NCBI GenBank assembly: GCA_001687465.1
Contig: LVLI01000084.1
Span: 1-64,000 of the forward strand
Length of the DNA stretch: 64,000 nt
DNA from: Halocafeteria seosinensis
Lineage: Eukaryota
Reading direction: 5' to 3'
Position 1 is the stretch's first letter; every line of letters begins with the position of its first letter. The notes beneath the pieces are model-generated. The model made no database searches, had not been told where the DNA came from, and was given only the letters and a program-made list of their open reading frames with translations. Shown here piece by piece: positions 1-11,800 of this stretch. The translations under genes were made by a program, and so were the position numbers.

Positions 1-489
1 GTTTTTTGGCAGCATTGACACCACAGACGCATATAAGTCCACATCACGGGCCTACCAACAAGAAGCTAAGGATACATTTGGGACTAGTGGTCCCAGATCC
101 TGAGAGTTGTTACTTGCGTGTGGGAGATGAATACGTACAACTTGCAGAGGGAAATATTTGTGTGTTTGATGATTCATTTGAGCACGAAGCTGCTAACAAC
201 GGAAACAGTAGTCGGATAGTATTGATCATTGATGTATGGCACCCCGATTTGAGTGTATCTGAAGTAAGCATTAATATATCCTACTATTGAGTTTTGTAAA
301 CGCATAAAGTCGGTTGCGTATGTGCAGGTACAAATATTGAAGAATATCCGGAACGCGCAGCTTAGAGCTGCTCGTGAAGCTGGACAAAAGCGTGCCGATA
401 CGTTACCGGCAGATGATTTCTATACGATAATAGAGGAGAGCAAAGCCAATCCCACGGACGATGATTCGATTTTTCATGAAGTTGCCTGA
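1..489 (+). CDS. Aspartyl/asparaginyl beta-hydroxylase family protein, 3' part (5' end outside window); intron 264-327
   Basis: Motifs PHHGPTNKKLRIHLGL, FDDSFEHEA and RIVLIIDVWHPDL. A GTAAGC...TGCAG intron joins to a last exon ending in TGA at 487-489. Confidence 0.85.
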
Positions 490-1036
490 GTTCCATACGT
501 GTCCTCACCAAACGTTCATCGCTTCATGCGGCTCCTGTAGATCAGATATGGTCATATGACGGTTTAAGAAGGAAGCAAAGTACTTCCATAAAGGCTAGGT
601 ACTACACGAGAAGGACGGCCCAATGGTTACCGGCATTATCCATCAGAATACAATGGACGGTTTCAAGCTGCACGAGCATCAATACAAAGGAAGGACTTAT
701 ACCGAGATGCCAACGAGCAGTGTGACTGCGGATGAGCTGGCGCATTTGATCGCAATTTATTTTTGGAATGGATAGCAGGTACAAGTAGTCCCTCCCGTCA
801 CTGAGTGCTAGGAGGACCGAGAACGTGGCAACCAAAATAGCAACAGAGTCTTGTTGTACTGCTGGTGCAATGCAGTTGTTTTGATTAAGTGAAAGCAGAA
901 CAGGCGGTACAGACGTCACCCTGTTAGCAGGGTCTATCTGCTTCAAAAATAGCTTGCCAGATGACGCACAATTTGGTGCTTTGTGTAGGAGATCCACAAC
1001 TTAAGGGAGGGCTGATCAAAACGACTTAACTTAGAT

Positions 1037-2500
1037 CTAGAACTGTACTCCCAGGTCATGTTCCTCCCCAACTCTATTCGTCAGTTGTCCAATGCCGTCT
1101 ATTTCACATCGCATAACATCTCCCTTCTTGAGATAACGGGGTGGATCTCTCTTAAATCCTACGCCCTGTGGAGGAGGGGTATATATATATATATATAGTG
1201 AAGCATGGTTTTATAAACATAGTTCTGTACATACCGGGGGAGTTCCCGTAAGGATCACAGTTCCAGGAAGGAGGGTCGTCCCTTGTGAGAGGAAGCTGAC
1301 GAGATCAGCCACAGTAAACATCATATCTCCAGTATTACCCTCTTGCATCAGCTCATCATTGAGATAGAATCGAATGCCGAGGTTCTGAGGATCTTCGACC
1401 TGAATCAGGCAATCTTGGTCAAGTGATCCAAGCGCAAATAGATCTGGACGATGGAGGCACTGTCTTACCTTTTTCGTCGGTACCACAGAAGGTCCTAGAG
1501 GACAGAATGTATCAAAACTCTTACTATAAACCCATTGACCGCCCCCTTTCTTGCCTTGCCATCTTCTAGCAGTCACTGCATTTCATAGGGAGGAGGAATA
1601 AGTACAACATCAAGCGTGTACAACCACAGTATACACAATAGATTTCAATAACTAGTTATGAAGAGGTCCGCTGACGTACCGTCATTGGCAACCGTGTATC
1701 CAAGCACATAATCCAGTGCTTCATCTTTGGAGACATCCTTTGCCTCCTTTCCGATAACCACCGCCAGTTCCACCTCGTAATCCACCTGCGGCGGCTTGAA
1801 AAGAAGCAAAGTCTAAGTTATTTTGAGAGTACCAAAGCGCTCTGCGACGTACCTCAGGCTTCTCGTTAGCAATCTTCGGAATTACAACGCCTTGCTGATG
1901 ACCCACTACTGACGTGATCGACTTCATAAATACAACTGCAATGTTTTTTGGGAACCACAATTATCATAAAAAGAGCAACATTTTACTGCCCTATGCAGTT
2001 TCAGGCTTACCTGGAAAGTCATTCGGGGAAATACCGGTCTCTTCCGCGTGTTTTCTGCAAACCTACGAGAGACAGACATACATGCGTATACCAACAATCT
2101 CAGGGCGAGTTCTTTCCTACCTGTAATTCAATCCAATTCCATAGATGACAGCCGGGTCAATAGGGGGCAGAATATTGGCCACTTCAACTTCTTCATCCTC
2201 CAGCTCATGAGACCGCATAGGGCTGGAATTGGGTCGAATACGCCTTGCATACTGCTGGTTTTTGCCCTCCACAAAGACTCCAAACGACATGTTCCCCTCT
2301 CCGTCTTGGAAGCGGATCACCCGATCATTGTACTCATCAGGAAGGCTGGAGAAAGAGAAGCTCTGCGGAGAGACCCTCATGGACGATGTAGAGGCTCCTA
2401 GCCCTATCATCCTTCCGTAAAGGGTCTGCCCTGGTTGACTTCTGGCAGAGCCGGAAAAAGTGGGGACAAGAGAGCGGCCCAAACGCCACAAACTCTGCAT
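1037..2500 (-). CDS. Fumarylacetoacetate hydrolase-domain protein (FAHD-like) with a probable mitochondrial presequence; 6 GT-AG introns
   Basis: Spliced product contains [44 protein letters not shown] and [13 protein letters not shown]. The N-terminus is Arg/Ser-rich. Confidence 0.9.
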
Positions 2501-2741
2501 TCTCACCTCGGGAGTTTCCAAATAATGAAAATATAAACAATGAAGCAGTCAATCAAGGAACATTCAGTCGGATGAAGAGCTTCGAAAAGGGTGTATAATG
2601 GACCCAAACATAGCTTCTTCCTTTTGTGAAGTTCGCGCTCCTGCACTATATTCCTGTATACACGATACGTGGTCGGTGTTGTTCATTAGTATTAGTTCCC
2701 TTTTTGGATGACTGTATAAAGTTAACAGACCAGGGCGGATA

Positions 2742-4740
2742 ATGGCATCGAAGTCGAATGTGTTTGTAGGAGGCGGCAAAGACTCTGGAGTGAGCCAAGC
2801 CTTGGACGAAATCGAGGAGTTAATACATGATACAAGTGTATGGGAGCATGTCGATGGAATTATACACGAGGAGGAACGAGTACAACATACGGGAGAGTTT
2901 TCGGAACCTGTAGAGAACACATTCAACCATGCGAAGAAATTAATGCAGTCATTAAACCACCTGGAATCGCTCCAGGCAGCGTATGTACCAGTCGATTCAG
3001 CCGTAAGTAATACCTAGAGCATGAAGCAATAGCTGCTTCAGTTTCTCAATGCTCCTATCTTTTCACACAGCTGCCTTTGGCCAGACGAATTCACAACTTT
3101 AACCGATGGGTCCGCGAGGAAGGTGGTGTGCATCTGGAATCCAAACAAACGCCATTGAAAGTGGCCAGTATCGAGGGGAAGGGTTTAGGCACGATCGCTA
3201 CGGATGACATATCGGTACGTGTGCTGCTGAACGTTCGAAATCGCTGAGTTGGACATGTGTGCATCAAAGCGTTTGAGACGGCTCTTGTTGTGCGCAGACG
3301 GCCGAAAGAATTCTACAGGTACCTGAGAGTCTAATGATATCGATGAAGACTGCGCTTCAATCTCCATGGGGGAAAGCGATTAAGAATGACCCTCAGCTCC
3401 AAAACATGCCAGAAATATCGTTAGCGTTGCATCTGCTCCTCGAAGCTTCACACGCGAACGAGGCTACGAATGCGGCAGAAGACGCTATCTGTGATTCTGC
3501 CTACCTTCCTACTGATGCTGCAGGTAGTGAAGCCACCGCCTTAACTAGAGGATCGTTCTGGCGTCCCTATCTAGCGCTATTGCCTCCTACTTGTCCAAAC
3601 GTTCTTAGTCTTCAAGGGAGTCATATGGATATGTTACGACACAGCGGTAAAATCGGACGAGAACTGTTGCTCACAGGGATTAAGACTATCCGATCGACGG
3701 TTAAGGCCTATTTGACGTTACATCGACGCTATGTACCTGAAAAACATGATGGTAAACAGAAAGACCACAAGAAAGGAAGTTTCGGTGATAGCATGTGTTC
3801 TGTTCCAGGTCTGAGTCGATCAAACTTTAGCTGGGCCGGATTTCGCTGGGCTGTTTGTATGGTGATGTCGCGTCAGAACAAAGTTCCGATTGCTGGATTT
3901 TCTGAGAGTGTGTTATCGCTTGTACCAATATGGGACATTATAAACCATGAAAACATCGTTGAATCCGGGATTACAACTACTGGGGAGCTCCATGATGGAC
4001 AGTGTGTGCTGTCTCATTTCGCTCCTCGTAATTTCCGTAACGGCGAGGAAGTCACAATGTACTACGGAGATCGTGATAATTTCAAATTCTTAAAATTTTC
4101 AGGATTCACAGTAAAGAACAATCCGAATGAGCGTGTGAGCGTAGAATTTCCGCTTACAGCCGCTTCTGATGACGAACTCCGCAAGCTAAGGTATGGCTGA
4201 GTCATGAGGCTCTTCCATTGATTTGTTTCCTGCCAACATTTTTTCAAAATGTGTTGCAGGAATTTATTACTAAAGAACTTAGGATATATCAAAGAAAAAC
4301 TGTCGGAGGACCAAGGTCAGCTTCGTATTTCTGTAGCACCGTCGAGAAGGAGGGAGTTCGCTTACGAAGATCTTCAGTCTTATTTCGTAGAGGAACTTAT
4401 TCTCGTGACGAAGATATGCTATGGGAAAAAAGAGGATCTAGATAATGTTCTAAGACAAAGCAAGAATGGCCGAAAAAGGCTGTCTTGTACGTTGCCTTTG
4501 TCTTTGAAGGAGAAACTGCTCTCGGTAACGAGTGCATGCTTAGACTTGAGTAGCGAACGCTCCCCTTTCACTGCAACTGCCACAGAGTCCTCAGTAGAAA
4601 ATGTTATTGAACGAGGGACCTGCGTTTATTCCAGCGGCGACGTGACTGCTTCTATTTGGGGATATATTGATGAGCGGAGAAATGTGCATCAACAGTTGTG
4701 GGGTTCCTTAAATGCAGCACTCCAAGCGCAGGGAGAATGA
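2742..4740 (+). CDS. SET-domain methyltransferase, SETD3/Rubisco-LSMT-like; 3 introns
   Basis: Motifs GKGLGTIAT, SFWRPYLALLP, FRWAVCMVMSRQN, LVPIWDIINH and GEEVTMYYGDRDN. Confidence 0.85.
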
Positions 4741-5588
4741 TATGACATTTGATTACAGCCTGACGGAGCTAATTGTAAACTGATATAGATGATGTGGGTA
4801 GCGTCTATTAGTGTAAGGGGGCGAATTAGAGTGCATGACCAGGAATGCATGGGGAATTCGCAACTGCAGACCACCTGCTGGGCCTGCCCTACGATTCGTT
4901 AGGCTACGAAGCACGATTTGAGAGTGCTTCGCTATTGAGTACCCCTAGAACAGAGTCTTTGGATACAATACATGCTATTTTATCAAAGATGATCAATGGA
5001 ATGATACCACCGTAGACGATATCTGATGGATTCCAAACGAAGATTCGCTACTGCCCACGAAGAGGCACATTCGGAGAAACTCCATGTGGTCGTTGCAATC
5101 GGTATCCGGACGCAATACCTTTCGTAGATGCATATAATGCTTTAAAATGAACTTATTCCGAAAGGGTCAATTTACCAAGTCTAGAAATCTGTGCACTCGG
5201 CCAGCGAACCGGCGTTGACTCGTGCCAAACAGCCGGTTCCGAAGTTGTTGAAGGTTTTGAAAGCGACAATCATTTCGTTATCTTATTTCGGTCACGGTTC
5301 ATCTTGTCTCCTTGGGTTGACTCGGGTCCTCTTGGACGGGGCATTTGTTCTGCAGGTGTCGATTCACTCTGGCCTTTTGACAGCCAAATATTGCGTCGAT
5401 TTGCCATAGAGAAATTTTATAGTATCATATATTCATTATACTTGACTATTGGCTAGTCAAATACTGCATAAAGGGGCTTAAAGTGGTCAATTGGGCTAAG
5501 TTTTGGTGGTCCCTTGACACACTCTCTCTCAAACAAGAGGACTTTGCGCTTAATATTACGCCACTCGGACACTCGTTGTTCATTTATC

Positions 5589-7118
5589 ATGTCCGACACA
5601 CAGTCTGGAGGGCCGGACGCGCGCGTCTGTGGCACGAAAAAGTGGAATAAGTACGCATCGGGGTATCCCGATGACCTCAGCGACGAGCAACGGGAGGTAT
5701 GTGGGGGTGTATACAAAGTATATCTGTCCCTTCACACGCTTCAATGGTCTGTCCACGTCACATTGAATGGGACAGGTGTTAGAGGAGTTCCTCTCCAAGG
5801 TGCCAGAGGATCAGAAACAGGAAGCGAAATTCTCATGTGAACGCGATGATGACTTTGGATGCCGAATTTTACGAGCTAGGAAATTCAGCGTCAAAGCTGC
5901 ATTGGAATTGGCCAGAAGCATTAAGATAAGTCCCCTTGCTGAATTTTGAATTTTTGTTGTTATTGGACTCTGCCTGAAGCTGATACTAATTTGTTCTTTT
6001 CTGGCTCTTTTGATTCTTGCACGACTGGAGAAACCATTTCGGGACGAATGAGTTGGCACAAATGGAGCCGGAAGAGATCCTGGAGTGTACTGAAGAAGAA
6101 GTGCATCACCATTGGCCTCAAGCGCGAATACCGACTTTGGACAATGAAAATAGACCGGTATACTTGGAAAAAACCGGCAAGATTGACGTCCACGGCATCA
6201 TGAAAATTACCACACCGGCAAAGTTGCTCCGTTGGCATGTTCACTCAGTCGAAAATGGCTCGTTAGGGGAGATGCAGCGAGCAACGGACACGGTACGCAG
6301 GGAGAATCCAAATCATAGAGCGATCAACTGTAACACGTCCATACTTGACTTAGAGGGATTTTCGTTGGGGTCTTTCATGGGAGAAACGAAGGCTTATCTA
6401 AACCAAGTATCCGAGATTAATCAAAATTACTATCCGGAGACAATGGGCAAAATGCTAATTATCAACGCTCCTGGGCTCTTCACCACTGTGTGGAGCGTTG
6501 TCAAGGGTTGGTTGGATCCCCGGACAGTTGGAAAGATCGAAATATTGGGAGGGCCAAGCCAGTATAAACCACGACTGTTTGAGGTGTTAGGAAGGGATAA
6601 TACACCGGTAGAATACGGAGGAAACTACGAGAGCCCAGATGGACCTTTATTCGAATCGTACGTTGTTGAGCTATATTCGACTACTCTTTGTATGTGATAG
6701 CTTATGTGACACCATGCTGTTTCCTTTTGCTTGCAGCAAACTGACAACCGTAAAAATCCCTGCTGCTAGTCAACACGCAGTCCAGACCAAAGTATACGCT
6801 TCCAAAGATCAAGGATATCGCGTTCGTTGGTGGGCCGATCAAAAGGCGGTAGAGTTTGGCGTGAAATTTGTTGAAACTGTCAAAGACCAAGAACTTACTC
6901 AGGACGAAATAGACAAAGGGAGGGATGTATACCCCCTGCAGCCTCATCCAGGCTGCGATACCGGTGTCGTGGAATTTCGTGAGGTGCCATCCACGGATGG
7001 GACCTATGTTGCTCTTTGGAAGAATGAGCATGCCGTCGGATGGGTCAGCTCGAATAATCGAAAGGTAACCTATAAAGCATGGGCAGTGGAACCAAACATA
7101 GATCCCTCCTCTTCTTAA
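5589..7118 (+). CDS. Sec14/CRAL-TRIO lipid-transfer protein with C-terminal GOLD-like domain; introns 5697-5775 (GT-AG), 5926-6022 (AT-AC) and 6658-6736 (GT-AG)
   Basis: Motifs RILRARKFSV..A, WR, GKID, ILDLEG and QNYYPETMGKMLIINAP..F..VWSVVKGWLDPRTVGKI, P.EYGG; GOLD-like segment GTYVALWKN. Confidence 0.9.
5926..6022 (+). other. Non-canonical AT-AC spliceosomal intron (U2-type signals), 97 nt
   Basis: AAG|ATAAGT...TACTAAT...polypyrimidine tract...TTGCAC|GAC. Removing it gives in-frame ARSIK-DWRNHFG. Confidence 0.75.
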
Positions 7119-7976
7119 GACAAGCTGTCCTCCGGAAGAGTGGTCAGAGCTTCTAGGAAATACTTCACAGTGAGCGATTTTCCCGGATTGGCTCTTTTAT
7201 TCATCTGCCAAATGTCAGCGTATACTTGTCGAAGCTGCTCGTACCATTAGAAGTTCATTTAGTTAGCTGCTTAGATGCACGGGAGCGTAGCATCGTTGAG
7301 TTCTTACCTTGTTCCTTTGCACTCCCAGGTGAGTGACGGAGTTGCCCATTTTCAGGCATACTTGCTCCAGGTCCTTGAAACTTACTGCAACAACCAATAC
7401 GTCACATCAAGCTCATATTTTTTCGTATATGTGTAACACTTACATATTTCCCCTTTAGCAGATTTCCGAGACGCTTGCATGGAGTTGGTGAACCATTGCT
7501 CCATCTCCCTAGCTGACGTCGAGGGTTGTCGATAGAGTCGTTCTAGACCCAGAAGAAACTGTACAACCATGCATGCACTCCATATTTTGCCGATAAATGA
7601 AGCCAATACTCACGTACCGTATCAGAGTCAATATAATCTCGATTCCCGTGCTTTTCGTAGTTAAGTTTGTACAACTGAGCAATCGATTCCGTAGACGGTG
7701 GTATACCACACAATAGCAAGGCACTGGAGACATGCTCTTTCCGGTATAAATTTCCTTTCTTATCTGGGATAGCAACAATTGGTCCAGTATTGACCACATC
7801 AGTACGGCATCTCTGATAAAGTCTTCCTTACTTTGTGCCACCCAGACGAGCGCCTTCTCTACCCATCGCCGTTGATAGTATGTAAGCCCTCGTGGTGACG
7901 CTTTTGAGGGTGTAAGCATCTGGGACACAACGTAGTTTCTGGGAAGACTCCCGGATGGCCTAGATGGTGTTTGCAT
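7115..7976 (-). CDS. Divergent calmodulin/centrin-like EF-hand-fold protein (about 200 aa); introns 7831-7764, 7617-7559, 7443-7385 and 7307-7235
   Basis: Four canonical introns give one continuous frame. The helix pattern resembles calmodulin (LTYYQRRWVEKAL, SALLLCGIPPS, YIDSDTFLLGL, SAREMEQWF, ILSFKDLEQVCLKMG). Confidence 0.65.
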
Positions 7977-8805
7977 GGCTCGTGTCTGTTTTGCATGAAG
8001 AGTGTGCTGGTAGCCGGTTGCCCCACAGCCAAGGACACTCTATTGACTTATTCCCACTGAGTTCCTGGTAGGTTAAATTTTGTGGCTTTGCAGCCTCATG
8101 ACCAAAACTACAGCACTACTGTAATACGTCCATTGTTGAACCCTGGGACCTCTGTCTGGAGCGGATCGGATGGATGAGCGCATTGCAATTTGCAAGGCAG
8201 CGGGAAAAGGGGCTGCTTCATGAACAATGTAAGCAGTAAAACGCGTATTCTGTCTGCACGAAAAATCTCCCATGGTTATGTATTGCGATGCATTGAATCC
8301 AGGAATCACGACCACAGAACTTCGAAAGAAACTCTCAGAGGCCGTCTTACACGTGGCTCTACAAACTGTAAAGATGGAAATGAAGTAAATGGCGCTAAAC
8401 TGCAAGCCCCGGTAATAGTGATCCATCTTGCGAGGGAAATTGCATCTGAGCGGCCCGTACTAGAACACATGTTGATCTTGTTGAGGCCAGATTGTCTCCA
8501 GCCGCAGAAATTGGAACCTGGTTTGCGACTGGCGTCCCGCCCGAATTTAACTACCATACACGTCTGTTGTTAATCTGGTTAGTAGCACTGCTGTACTATA
8601 TTGTCAGAGCAATGCATAATTTACGTCATATAGTACAGTCAGTCTTGATAGATGCACCATCTTTGTATACAGCATCCTTCGAGTGCTCATTCGTTCGCTG
8701 TTATCCGGAAGAAAACCTGGGGAAAACCTAGCTCGTTTCTTAGGTTCTCTGTGACGATACTTCAAATACTATAGTGCTTCGACCCGAAATACAGAAGACT
8801 CTACT

Positions 8806-11800
8806 ATGACAGCTGCGATTTGCAGGGAAGTCTATCGTAGACCGATTACTTCGGTCTGTTGTGTGGTTGCTCTTGCCGGAGCAGTCGGCTGGATCCTGTG
8901 GATCGACTTCACCCCGATTGGCACCCGGAGGGCCACTCATTCAAGGACCGACAAATTTGATCGAGCTCTTCAAGATTGCGGAGCCGGGGAACAACGTCCA
9001 TGTTGCTCTAATTGTGAAGATTGTACTTCTTGTCAAAATATGGACGGGGTACAATGCGAGGTGACGACTTGCTCGGAGTGTGCAGTGTGTGTGGCTTGTA
9101 GCTCCAACGAATATTCCCCGGATGGCGATGATGAATGCTTTGAGTGTCCTAAGGGGCAAGTACCCACACCCGCTCAAGACGACTGCGAACCTTGCCCGGA
9201 GCACTTGTATACCACTGGATATTCATGCAACAAGTGCGGTTTGAACAAGGTACCAAATTGGAGTCAAACAGGTTGCGTGAACTGCCCCGACCATATGTAC
9301 GCTACTCGTAGAGATGCGAAATGCCGAACTTGTGGCGCTGGAGCCGTTCGAGAAACAACTGAAGGGGAAGTTCGATGCATCTCCTGCGGCCCTACAACTT
9401 ATGCTACACCTACCGGTACACAATGTGAGGAATGCGGGGCGGGTCAAGTCCCCAACACACACAGAGACGGGTGTGTTCCTTGTTTACAGCATGAAATCTC
9501 GAAGGAAGGCAAATGCGTAGCATGTGGATTTGGTAGCTTCCCCGGGGAACAAAAATCCACATGTACATTATGTGACGATAACGAGGTCTCCGCTGAGAGT
9601 GACACTGAATGTCATCCCTGTACACCAGGTAGAGTACCTACATATAACCAAGGTCATTGCAGGAAATGTCCCGTCCATATGCACGCTACGGAAGGCACCA
9701 GAGAGATCACTCCTGAGTGTCAAATTTGCCATGAGGGAAGCGTACCCAACGCTGATCAGACAGACTGCGTTAAATGTCGAGGATACCAGATCGCTACTTT
9801 GGTGGATTTCGACTGTCAATCATGTGATGCTGGAATGGTTCCAAATGCAACAAAGGATGGATGCGTATCCTGTGGAATCGGGGAATTCGCGACAACTACT
9901 GACGGAAAATGTCGACTTTGTAATGGCAATCAAGTTCCCAATGGAAACAGGGATGGATGCGTTCCCTGCTTAGACTATGAGTTCCCGCATAACGACAAAT
10001 GTATAGCATGCGGCGTCGGCCAAATCCCCAAGAGATCGGAATGTATTGCTTGCGATGCCAACAAAGTATCAGCTGAGAGTGACACTGAATGTCATTTCTG
10101 TGCGTCAGGGAGAGTACCAACACCTAGCCAGGGTGATTGTAGGAGATGCCCGGACCACATGTACGCTACGGAAGGCGACAATTTGACCTCACCTGAGTGT
10201 CAAATTTGCCATGAGGGAAGCGTACCCAACGCTGATCAGACAGACTGCGTTAAATGTCAAGCATATCAGTTTGCTACTTTGGTGGATTTCGATTGTCGAT
10301 CATGTGGTGCTGGAATGGTTCCAAATGCAACAAAGGATGGATGCGTATCCTGTGGAATCGGGGAATTCGCGACAACTACTGACGGAAAATGTCGACTTTG
10401 TAATGGCAATCAAGTTCCCAATGGAAACAGGGATGGATGCGTTCCTTGCTTAGACTATGAGTTCCCGCATAACGACAAATGTATAGCATGCGGCGTCGGC
10501 CAAATCCCCAAGAGATCGGAATGCATTGCTTGCGATGCCAACAAAGTATCAGCTGAGAGTGACACTGAATGTCATTTCTGTGCGTCAGGGAGAGTACCAA
10601 CACCTAGCCAGGGTCTTTGTAGGAGATGCCCGGACCACATGTACGCTACGGAAGGCGACAATTTGACCTCACCTGAGTGTCAAATTTGCCATGAGGGAAG
10701 CGTACCCAACGCTGATCAGATAGACTGCGTTAAATGTCGAGCATATCAGTTTGCTACTTTGGTGGATTTCGATTGTCGATCATGTGGTGGTGGGGCCGTT
10801 TCAAACGTCGAAAGAAATGGCTGCAAAGCTTGTGACAGAGGAAAGTTTGCCGCAGATTATGATGCAGCATGTAGGGTCTGTGGAGATGGGCAAGTTCCAA
10901 ATGAGCTCCAACATGGTTGCGTGTTTTGCCAAAAATATGAAGTTGCTACAGACCGTAGTGAGGATTGTGAAGCCTGTGGATCAGGAAAAGTACCAAGTCT
11001 TAACCAAACGGTTTGCGAAGCGTGTGCGGAGCATAAAGTAGCGACATTAACGGATACAGAATGCAGGGTTTGTCGTCCAGGCACAGTGCCTAATGATCAG
11101 CAAGATAGTTGCTTAGATTGCGCTGCATATCAAGTAGCCGGTGAATATAGCATCGATTGCCGCACTTGCGGAGCCGGGGAAGAACCGAATGCCACTCGAG
11201 ATGGCTGTCAGAAGTGCATGATGCACCAATATGCCGGGGGTATCGACCCCCGGTGCCAGTCATGCAGCGGTGGTCAAGTTCCAACATCAGATCAAGACAG
11301 ATGCGTGGACTGCGATCCCGGTGAAGTTGCTTCTGAGCTAGACGGTACTTGCCACATCTGCCGAGGAGGTACAGTGCCCAATACTAACCAAGACAGCTGC
11401 ATTCCGTGCTTACAGCACGAAGTAGCAGCTCAAGGAGAGGAGGTTTGTCGAAGTTGCGGTGTGGGCAGAGTACCAAACGCAACCAAGGATGGTTGCCGAA
11501 TGTGCGCTCCCCATGAATATGCGCAGGGTGATGGTTTTGAATGCAAATTGTGCAGTGTCAATAGAGTGCCGACTCCGAACCAAGAGGCTTGTGTATCTTG
11601 CTTTGCTCATCAATTTGCTACCCTGAGAAGTTCCGACTGTGAAATCTGCGGAGCGGGTGAGGTACCAAACGCAAACAAAGACGGGTGTAAGAACTGCTCA
11701 GACTTTGAAATTGCAACAGAAACTGATACCGAATGTCGAGCTTGCGGAGCGGGTAAAATTCCGAACTTGGATCAAAGTAAGTGCTCATCGTGTGATCCTC

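Noticed and set aside
602..997. 131-aa minus-strand ORF between the hydroxylase and FAHD genes
   Set aside because: Non-ATG start, no motif, and it lies in a convergent 3' region; probably spurious.
1180..1197. (AT)n run
   Set aside because: Ordinary intronic microsatellite.
9592..10787. Possible CRISPR array or transposon repeat
   Set aside because: Contiguous in-frame coding duplication with no spacers, terminal repeats or transposase.
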